DNA of 64,000 nt from a virus, in IMG/VR virus record IMGVR_UViG_3300032291_003679, positions 1 to 64,000 of that record. One strand, given 5' to 3'. The notes beneath the pieces were generated by a model, which had not been told where the DNA came from, made no database searches, and was given only the letters and a program-made list of their open reading frames with translations. Shown here in pieces: positions 40,700 to 48,062 of this stretch. Positions within the stretch are counted from its first letter, which is position 1. Each line of letters starts with the position of its first letter. The position numbers and the translations under genes are program-made.

Positions 40700-40911
40700 A
40701 GTGTCTCCGTCTCTCTATCGTGTAGATAAATCTATCTGAAAGATGTGTCGTGTAGGGGAAGTGTAGGTAAGTAGTGCGGGGCTCCCGAAGGGAGGAGGCT
40801 CACCTGTGCGCTGTGAGACGGGTGAGCACGGCAGGTGACTCGGGAAGCCTGACCCACCCGTGGTACTCTGTGGGTGTCGGGGGGAAAGTCTCCCCGACAA
40901 AGGAGTTCATC

Positions 40912-41418
40912 ATGTTCCCAGCATCTATCCACCAAGCACTCACAGGCGAGGCGACCACCGACCTCGGTAACGGGGCATACTCTGTGGGGCAGGTTCCCAC
41001 AGAGGCAGAGGCGTTCGTCAAGTCGTACGAGCCATGCGAAAACTCACCCGTCCATACCGTCCCCACCGACCCAACTGTCGTCACGCTCGCCGAGGTGACC
41101 ACCTACCTGCGCCTCGTTGCCGAAGGTACAAGCAAGGACGCAGGATTTGCAGGGAGCCTCGTGGCATACGCCGAGCGCACGGGAACGCTCACCGAGAAGC
41201 AGGCGAAACACGCTCGCCGACTCTACGCTAAATGGCACCGTGCCTGCGAGTGGCTCGCTCGCCACAAGAACGGACAGCACGCGTGGAAGTACGCAGGGAC
41301 AAAGTGTCACAACAGCAACTACGACCTCGGCACCTACGCCGAAACCTCGTACTACCAGTGCGAGCAGTGTGGGAAGTGGAAGTCGCAGTACACGAACAAG
41401 AACTACTCGGGGGACTGA
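40912..41418 (+). CDS. hypothetical protein
   Basis: AAGGAG RBS; own promoter; C-terminal CxxC. Confidence 0.7.
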   Translation: MFPASIHQALTGEATTDLGNGAYSVGQVPTEAEAFVKSYEPCENSPVHTVPTDPTVVTLAEVTTYLRLVAEGTSKDAGFAGSLVAYAERTGTLTEKQAKHARRLYAKWHRACEWLARHKNGQHAWKYAGTKCHNSNYDLGTYAETSYYQCEQCGKWKSQYTNKNYSGD

Positions 41419-41450
41419 CCCGAAGAGGTGTAGGTAACCCAAGACGGACA

Positions 41451-41512
41451 GCCCCCACCCCACGCCCCCACCCCACGCCCCCACCCCACGCCCGAACACC
41501 CACGCCCCCACC
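41451..41512. repeat. 13-bp C-rich tandem repeat (GCCCCCACCCCAC) x3 plus degenerate copies
   Basis: Seen directly in sequence. Confidence 0.8.
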
Positions 41513-41672
41513 TGCCTCCGAGAGCAGAGGGCAAGCCGAGCGAAGCGAGACGGGAGAAAGCGAGGAACCAAGCGGGGCTCCTACCCCAATGACGGTGCAT
41601 GGGTGCATACACGGGTGGGCACGGCAGGTAGTCCGATTTGGAAGTCTGAACCGTTAGTGGTACATTTATGGC

Positions 41673-42881
41673 ATGACCGAAGTTTCATCTGCCTCAATCG
41701 CCTTTGACCTGCACACGCGATACTTGGAATATCGCAAGAGCCACCCAACGATGGACAGGCTCTTACATCTCGGATACTTTCGCGCCATGTGGGCAGACGA
41801 CGATACGCCTATTCTGACCCGTGAGGCATTAGAGAGCGAAGCAAAAATGGGCGCAGTTCATCACGAAGTACATCGCGCACTAGACGACACAATCATCGCA
41901 CTCGGTGACACCGTGTTTCTCACTGACGACTTGCGTGAGTTGGTCAAGACGGCAGAAGTAACAATGCCTGATGAGGTGTTATTTGAGACGGACATTTTCA
42001 CCCCGTGTGGATTCATCGTGATGGAGACTCCACTGCCACAAACGGTGAAGTCGCTTATCAAGGCCGAAGATTTTGACGAAGTGCTAACACTCTCAAAAAA
42101 GTACGGCGCAATCATCACTGGAACGCGCAACGACACTGAACCTGACGAAGATGGAAACTATGTAGGCGTAGAGAACTGGGAAGTGCAGGCGTTTGCATGG
42201 GCTGACGCGAGCGCAATAACACCCGAAGCACTTTCGGAAATAGAGAGACGGTTTGGGAAAGACAGCAACGAGTACGCCTTCGCTCAAAACATTTCTAAGA
42301 ACTCAGGAAATGACAGTGCCATTCAGGTGCGTGTTTTCGGAACTCTTATCTCTACCACTGTCAATGGGCTAACGATAGAAGTTCCACAACTACACCTTGC
42401 CCCTTTACGACTAATGGATATGTACGCGTTCTTCTACGGCGAAGATGGAATGGAAATAGAACGCGAAGTAAGTGGTGTAGGTAACTTTTCAGAGGCCGAC
42501 CTGAACGAGTCCTCATGGGAACGAAGCAGAGAAGTGCGCCGATTTCTTGTTGCTCTGTTCCGTCTCATGGACGAGTATGTGGACATTGACAGGCACGGCC
42601 TGCATCGCGCTTTCGGAAAGCGAGCAACCCGTGGTGGCCGAACAGGTGACACGAAGAATGTCACGATTCTCTCACTGCGTCGTGCGCTCGGTGATGATGA
42701 AGAAGGAATCGGTGCAGGAGCGAAGGTGACGCTCGCGCATCTCGTCCGTGGCCACTGGCGCAATCAGTGGTATCCATCACAGAAGATGCACCGTGCGAAA
42801 TGGATACGCGCACACCGTCGTGGTGGCAGTGCTGGTGATGAAGTGACTGCACGGCCTCGCATCATCAAGGTGGACAGATAG
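41673..42881 (+). CDS. conserved phage protein with C-terminal VRGHWR motif, leaderless
   Basis: HLVRGHWRNQWYPS..WIRAHRRG; ATG 6 nt after TACATT. Confidence 0.8.
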   Translation: MTEVSSASIAFDLHTRYLEYRKSHPTMDRLLHLGYFRAMWADDDTPILTREALESEAKMGAVHHEVHRALDDTIIALGDTVFLTDDLRELVKTAEVTMPDEVLFETDIFTPCGFIVMETPLPQTVKSLIKAEDFDEVLTLSKKYGAIITGTRNDTEPDEDGNYVGVENWEVQAFAWADASAITPEALSEIERRFGKDSNEYAFAQNISKNSGNDSAIQVRVFGTLISTTVNGLTIEVPQLHLAPLRLMDMYAFFYGEDGMEIEREVSGVGNFSEADLNESSWERSREVRRFLVALFRLMDEYVDIDRHGLHRAFGKRATRGGRTGDTKNVTILSLRRALGDDEEGIGAGAKVTLAHLVRGHWRNQWYPSQKMHRAKWIRAHRRGGSAGDEVTARPRIIKVDR

Positions 42882-42947
42882 AACCTGTGGACTTACCTAC
42901 ACCCGTAGCAGGCTCGCTATCAGGTGTAGGTAAGTCCGTTGGCCGTA

Positions 42948-43139
42948 TTAGTCTCGCGTTGGCGTGATTGCGAAACTGACTGAACGCTCGTCGTTGCGAG
43001 TCTCTGGAAAGTAGAACGCAAGACCGAGCCACGCTTGCGCTTCTCGCTTGCTGGCGAAGCCCGTGGCCTCAACCGTTGAGCGAGAGCGTCCGTTCGCGAG
43101 AACGGCAACGCGTGTGATGGTGAATGTGGAATGTGCCAT
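42948..43139 (-). CDS. small hypothetical protein
   Basis: GAAAGGGG RBS; own promoter. Confidence 0.6.
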   Translation of the reverse strand: MAHSTFTITRVAVLANGRSRSTVEATGFASKREAQAWLGLAFYFPETRNDERSVSFAITPTRD

Positions 43140-43378
43140 GATGAACCCCTTTCGTTCGGCAACACACACAGAGTACCACCGATGGAACAGACTTTCCAAA
43201 AGTGCATGATTACCTACACCTATTCGGCGCAACACTCGCACTCTATGCGAGGACAACCGAACGAAGTGAGGGCGTCAGCACCGGGGCTCCCACTCTCCAA
43301 CCATGCATAAGCACCGTGCCGAGACTTACCTACACCTAGTAGATGAGTGCCGACACGGTGAATACGCCGTGTACCGAA

Positions 43379-44083
43379 TCAGTATGCGTGTGGCGCGTCT
43401 ACTTCCATAGGTGCACGACACACATGACAGAGTGGGGACTCTGAACCGTCCTCACCGAATAGAGGTGTTTCGTCATCAGCGAGCGAGTACCCATGAGACT
43501 GCGAAAGCATTTCACCGTAGTTGCATTCCACTGAATGTTCTTCATCGTTCGGGCAAGTGAGCGAGTAGTTTGCGTTGTCGTATGGGAACGACTCTGCCAT
43601 GTCTACCGTGACACGGAATGCACGAGGACGCGTGTAGCCACCACGAACATCGCAACCCCCGTGAATCTGCAAGAGCACGAACACTTCACCACCGTCCGAG
43701 AATGTCACGCCCTGCAATGTCTGCGCGAGTGAGTCCTCTCCGTTGTATGTGTTCCATGTGTGTGCACTGTCGTCCTTTTCTGTTGCGAACTCTTGTGCGA
43801 GACCGAGCCACCCGTCATCAGGGTTCTCTTCACAGAACGCACGGAACTGCTTGTCCAAGAGTGGTGCATACTCCAATCGTTCTGAAAGGTAGTGATAGAC
43901 CGAGAGCGTCACGCCCCACTTGTCTGCCCATGCGCGAGGTTGCGCGTCCCACTCTGCGAGTGTGCGACCTGCGTTCTGTTCCCAGTGTCTCCCGTAGGCT
44001 CCACCACTGTCCAAGATGTGTCGTCCCGTAGGCTCCGTGAGCATTTCTGCGATTACTTCGCGTGTGCGTGTTGTTGTCTTCAT
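43379..44083 (-). CDS. conserved phage hypothetical protein
   Basis: HILDSGGAYGRHW; HGGCDVRGGYT. Confidence 0.75.
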   Translation of the reverse strand: MKTTTRTREVIAEMLTEPTGRHILDSGGAYGRHWEQNAGRTLAEWDAQPRAWADKWGVTLSVYHYLSERLEYAPLLDKQFRAFCEENPDDGWLGLAQEFATEKDDSAHTWNTYNGEDSLAQTLQGVTFSDGGEVFVLLQIHGGCDVRGGYTRPRAFRVTVDMAESFPYDNANYSLTCPNDEEHSVECNYGEMLSQSHGYSLADDETPLFGEDGSESPLCHVCRAPMEVDAPHAY

Positions 44084-44397
44084 GACTTACCTACACCCTT
44101 GTAAGGGTATGACGGGTGTGCCCGTCGCCCCTTGTGGCGAAGTGTGGCGATTTCGTTGCGTGACCACAGCGTGAGAAGTGTGCTGACAATCGTGCCAACA
44201 ATGGTGACGAACAATCCTGCGAAAGTATCGTACGCAGTGTGACTCCAATAAGAGAGAACAACAAGGTACGCACCAAGCGTGGTCACGAGATACGAAGCCC
44301 CCGTGATGAATCGGTAGATGAATGTTGGATAGTTGTCGTCCAACCAGTTAGTAGCCCGTGCGTCTGCTCGGTCTAGTTTGTCAATAATGTTTGCCAT
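44080..44397 (-). CDS. 2-TM membrane protein
   Basis: Start MANIID after GAAAGGG; ends GVGKS. Confidence 0.65.
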   Translation of the reverse strand: MANIIDKLDRADARATNWLDDNYPTFIYRFITGASYLVTTLGAYLVVLSYWSHTAYDTFAGLFVTIVGTIVSTLLTLWSRNEIATLRHKGRRAHPSYPYKGVGKS

Positions 44398-44568
44398 GTG
44401 GATTCCCTTTCCGTTTGAGTTGGCAAGATGAGCGTACCACAGTGGGGACAGACTTTCCGACCTACCTGCCGTGCCTCCCCGATGTGGCGAGGGGTGGGAT
44501 ACTTCCCCTGCTGGGAGCCCCGTTGTTTTTGACTCTTCTGTCATAACAGACACGAGTCGGTGACTTAC

Positions 44569-44826
44569 CTACACCTCGTCATCACCACGCAGGTAGTTGG
44601 CACGCATCACTTCCGTGCTGGCCTCACCTGTTTGGTCAAGCGTCGTGATGTCGTACACAGCACCACAGCGATAACACAGGTACGAAAAACCGTCCCATGC
44701 ACCCGTGGCGTCGGGGGCGATTATCTCTCCTGTTGGGAGACACGAGTAGAAGCCGTCGATGTCAGGTTCATTACCACATTCACAGACGAGCCAGTCTGCT
44801 GTAGTGCGTTCGAGATTGAGTGTCAT
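44569..44826 (-). CDS. small Zn-binding protein
   Basis: CECGN..CYRCG; stop lies inside a 14-mer. Confidence 0.7.
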   Translation of the reverse strand: MTLNLERTTADWLVCECGNEPDIDGFYSCLPTGEIIAPDATGAWDGFSYLCYRCGAVYDITTLDQTGEASTEVMRANYLRGDDEV

Positions 44827-45302
44827 GATGGTTCCTCTTGATGGGTGATGGAAGATACATCATAGGGGTTTTCTTCAGGGTCGTCATGCCACACGCCATC
44901 AGGCCATGCAGTACGTGTGTGTACTCCATGAACGTTCTTGCCGAAGATGTCAGTGGCCTGCCATGCATGTGTGCAACACGGCACTGGGGTGTCTCGTGAG
45001 TCAGGGTGACAGTTCTGTCCAATGTCTTGAGCGAGTAGAGGGAACGTAGCGAGGAACTTGGCAACACAGTCATGACAAAGAATCCATTCACGTGTACGCA
45101 GGCTTCCTGTCAGTACACGAACGTTGTCATCGAATCCACCGTAGTAGCCGAATGTGTCAAAGGGTAAGACCCAACCATTGTCAGGGTATGACTCCTGTTG
45201 TGTACACGGCACTGATGCACAGCATGCTGAACATCGTGCGTGCTTGACGACTGGTGTAGATGGTGTGATGAATGGTGACTGTGTGTCAGGCGTATCGCTC
45301 AT
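44823..45302 (-). CDS. Cys-rich hypothetical protein, leaderless
   Basis: ATG 7 nt after TACTCT. Confidence 0.65.
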   Translation of the reverse strand: MSDTPDTQSPFITPSTPVVKHARCSACCASVPCTQQESYPDNGWVLPFDTFGYYGGFDDNVRVLTGSLRTREWILCHDCVAKFLATFPLLAQDIGQNCHPDSRDTPVPCCTHAWQATDIFGKNVHGVHTRTAWPDGVWHDDPEENPYDVSSITHQEEPS

Positions 45303-45396
45303 GCGAGAAAGAGTACCAGTATGGGGACAGACTTACAACGTACCTGCAGTGCAACCCATGAGACGCCCGTGGCACTTGCGTCGTTCATGCTGATGG

Positions 45397-45762
45397 TCAG
45401 GTGACGATGTGTCCTGATGTCATGCGATACAGCACTGCGTAGCAGAAGCGTCTGCGCTGTGTGATGCTCCACTCCACCTGATAACGATGGTGTCTGTTGA
45501 GCATGTCGATGTCTGCCTGCGAACGGTGTATGCCTAGTTCCATCTCTGTCTCTATCATGATGGACATGATGTTCACCTCACTACCCGTGGCACTGCGAGG
45601 CGTCACACCTGCCTCTCGGCACGCCTGAAACACCTTGGTCATGAACATCGAGCATGCGAGCATGTGCTCAAGCTCTTCATCGTCAGTGAGGTAGTCATTG
45701 GTCAAGCGTGATACACGAATGGCCTGATGTACCTTGCGCTTAGGTATGTAGATGCCTGACAT
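45397..45762 (-). CDS. hypothetical protein
   Basis: ORF track. Confidence 0.55.
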   Translation of the reverse strand: MSGIYIPKRKVHQAIRVSRLTNDYLTDDEELEHMLACSMFMTKVFQACREAGVTPRSATGSEVNIMSIMIETEMELGIHRSQADIDMLNRHHRYQVEWSITQRRRFCYAVLYRMTSGHIVT

Positions 45763-45974
45763 GAGGCAAGGGTATCACTCACTAGGTGAGCGTGTCCCCT
45801 ATCCCCATTTGATTTCTTTCGTCTGTTTCTCTTGGGGCTCTACTGCTACTACATCAAGCATGCTCCCCTGATTGAGTAGAGAGTGAACCATTGAGATTGC
45901 TTCGTCAATGTTCATTGGGGCGTCAAGGTCACTGCGCTTACGCACTGCGACGGTGATTCTGTATGTATCCATGC

Positions 45975-46193
45975 TTAGCACCATACAGCCTTCCATAGTC
46001 GCGCAACGCTTTGTGCTTGCTGAGGTGATTGACAAGGGATACGTCTGATGGTGTGTTGCGTCCCCTCTGATGAGGGTAGGGACAACCACACCTCCACGTC
46101 ATCACCAATGGCATTGACGTGAGTGACTGTCCCCTCTGATGAAAGGTCAGTGATGTGAGAGGTGAGTAGGTCTAGTGATGTCATGAGGGACAC
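45975..46193 (-). CDS. small hypothetical protein
   Basis: ORF track; followed by a second small gene at about 45799-45972. Confidence 0.45.
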   Translation of the reverse strand: MSLMTSLDLLTSHITDLSSEGTVTHVNAIGDDVEVWLSLPSSEGTQHTIRRIPCQSPQQAQSVARLWKAVWC

Positions 46194-47243
46194 AGTACAT
46201 CAGGGGTGGTACATAGTCAATGGGGTGACGATGATGTGGGGTAGCGATGTTCAGGGGGGTATGGTGTTACTCGTATGACACCCGTGACACCTCGCAAACA
46301 TTCACGCTCTCACTCACCTATGGCACGCCTATGGCAAGGGTGGTGCGACCTCTATGACAAGTGGTGGTCACGATGGTCACGATGGAGCAATGGCATAGGG
46401 CTTGACCCCTTTCCTCTCGCAATCGCAATCGGGTGTGTGGTGATGGCACTGCTCACACTGCTGTCTATTGGTCGTGTGTAGTACACCCGTGGCCCCCTGC
46501 GATTGACCTTACCTACACCTCAGGCGAACAGGTACGGCTTGACCTACTGGCCTTGCGCTTGTGGCATAGACGACACGCTTGCTTGCCTCATACATTGCGA
46601 GCATCACGCTATGCGCTTGCCTCACTAAGACATACGTCATTGGTAAACGATTGACGCTTGTCTGTTGTCTGCTTTGATTGGGCTATGTGCTTTCGCATAG
46701 CGTCAAGCACAACTCGGACAGTGCTCTCGCATAAGTCGTATGACCCACAGAACCCGAGAACCCGAAGGACCCGAAAACCCGAAAGGCATTGCGCTGACCT
46801 TGCTTGTATGAAAGGCAACGACGAACGACCAACGCACTTCGTGTGCGTGCGTCATTGAGTGGTGAGAGCAGGGGTATGTGTGTGTTTCTCTGTGTAGACA
46901 AGACACTGCTAGGGGCGAGACGAAGGGTGGCGTTTGGTTGTGACGTTCGCCTTCGCTGTGCTCCTCTATTGACGAGATACCTGCTGTGCTTCCCCACTCT
47001 TGGCTCTGCTCTGCTTGCTTCGTTCTGTCCACAGTGGTCGACGATTGACACGGTCACGCCTCTGTCCACAGAACTGACCATCGACGCCACCAGAGAGAAG
47101 GCACCCCCTTGGAGCCCCGCCGGCTTTCAGTCGAACCCCCAGCGCCGGGGGGAGCTAAAAATCAAATTTTTATGGCCACCTTTTTTTATCTTAATTTATC
47201 CAAACCGCTTGTGTTCGTCCCCAGGGCTGTGTACTATGTGCTC

Positions 47244-47501
47244 ATGAGTACTATTTACAGCTATGACGAATTCCTGGTTTTTGTTGCTCAAGAGCATCAT
47301 CAGCTCAAGGCCGGCGACCCCACTGTTCGCCTCGGTCAGACGTATTTCAACTGTTTGTGGGAGTTTCGTCCCAGCATTGCCAATGCAATCCGAGCTACCA
47401 AGTATGACCCTTTTCACAAGGAAGAGGTCCATCCTGACATCCACGTCCATGTGAATGACCTGTGGGATGAGATGAACACTAAGGTGTTGTCAGAGGAATA
47501 A
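47244..47501 (+). CDS. conserved phage hypothetical protein, leaderless
   Basis: RLGQTYFN.L..DPF motif; TACTAT 6 nt before the ATG. Confidence 0.7.
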   Translation: MSTIYSYDEFLVFVAQEHHQLKAGDPTVRLGQTYFNCLWEFRPSIANAIRATKYDPFHKEEVHPDIHVHVNDLWDEMNTKVLSEE

Positions 47502-47511
47502 GTGTAGGGTT

Positions 47512-47724
47512 ATGGATTACCTGCTTCTTGTGTTTCTCGGTTTAGGGGCTCTGTGGGGTGTGGGAGCCCTTCTAGGGACCATGTTCACCGAGGAGCCCTG
47601 TGAGGCCTGTGGGAACTGGGATGCAGCTAATCGCATGGTAGTAGGCACAAACGGCAAGCTCTACCATCCTTCTTGTTACCAGCTCAGCGATAGCGTTGAG
47701 TCCCCCCATTCTCCCAGCGAATAA
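47512..47724 (+). CDS. small membrane-anchored Zn-finger protein
   Basis: TM plus CxxC..HxxC. Confidence 0.5.
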   Translation: MDYLLLVFLGLGALWGVGALLGTMFTEEPCEACGNWDAANRMVVGTNGKLYHPSCYQLSDSVESPHSPSE

Positions 47725-48062
47725 CTAACTAACTCTCCAGTTGGATGTCCATCTAGCTGTTCTCAGCCCCCTCGTGGAGGGAAATAAGGCCGCCCGTTAA
47801 TTTTCCTAGGCTGGATATTGCCTACCCCCTATATATTTTGAGGTCCTGCAGCATGCTGGGATAAATTTATCCAAAAGAGGGTGTGCGAAAAAAAAATCGC
47901 GTTGGGTTGTCTCTTTTCTGTTTATTGGAGTCCCCGGCGGGGTGGGGTTGTGGGGGGCGCGTTTGGAGGCTAGGGTGTCTAGATGGTAGAATTAATTACT
48001 GCCAAATATGAACCCGCTGTTAACAGGGTTGTCCGTATCCGCCGAGTACAGGAGCACGTATA

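Larger units (their letters stand above)
17329..44521. repeat. block-symmetric intergenic module ACCTGCCG-CCCGT-GGAGCCCC-N18-22-GGGGCTCC-ACGGG-CGGCAGGT (about 17 full or partial copies)
   Basis: Complete copies at 24120-24247, 26767-26894, 27994-28120, 28719-28842, 30145-30264 and 32865-32986. Confidence 0.85.
17187..45336. promoter_or_regulatory. phage-specific promoter class GGAAGTCTG-N9-TGGTANNNT, 25 copies
   Basis: Minus-strand copies start at 17187, 18015, 19413, 20561, 22123, 23266, 24021, 25004, 25626, 26730, 27373, 27900, 28686, 30012, 31855, 32831, 35584, 43170, 44431, 45310; plus-strand copies at 32993, 33707, 34133, 40843, 41640; each points into a gene start. Confidence 0.88.
11765..46520. 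repeat. dispersed asymmetric 14-mer ACTTACCTACACCT / AGGTGTAGGTAAGT, about 75 copies
   Basis: Manual count: about 52 forward and 23 reverse copies of the core TTACCTACAC; chance expectation for a 10-mer in 64 kb is about 0.1. Confidence 0.97.

Noticed and set aside
14860-44397. GVGKS peptides as Walker A P-loops
   Set aside because: They lack the GxxxxGK context and are simply the translation of the DNA motif.
14331-46520. 14-mer repeats as a CRISPR array
   Set aside because: The repeat is too short, spacing is irregular (about 5 bp to over 1 kb), both orientations occur, whole genes lie between copies, and there are no cas genes in the window.
14331-46520. AGGTAAGT equals the eukaryotic 5' splice-site consensus (ACTTACCT matches the U1 snRNA 5' end)
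   Set aside because: Genes are uninterrupted, with bacterial RBS and promoters; treated as coincidence.
14331-46520. 14-mer as only a Shine-Dalgarno/start-associated sequence
   Set aside because: Only about 6 copies precede a start codon; most are upstream of promoters, after stops or mid-gene, and first genes of units use GAAAGGG.
14331-46520. Classical integron with attC sites, or IS/MITE copies
   Set aside because: No consistent RYYYAAC/GTTRRRY ends, no integrase or transposase in the window, no target-site duplications, and the units carry their own promoters.
17109-47247. Many track ORFs containing LTYT, LPTP or YLHL, or ending in RCR, across intergenic modules and antisense to real genes
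   Set aside because: Shadow ORFs produced by the GC-rich repeats; no RBS or promoter support. The N-terminal extensions of 16425, 19788, 24525, 26241, 27447, 28248, 32288, 34007, 40774 and 44080 run through promoters and were trimmed.
48005-48060. c-di-AMP (ydaO) riboswitch upstream of the Rpf-like gene
   Set aside because: Only a short hairpin is visible and the leader seems too short; cannot be supported without an Rfam search.
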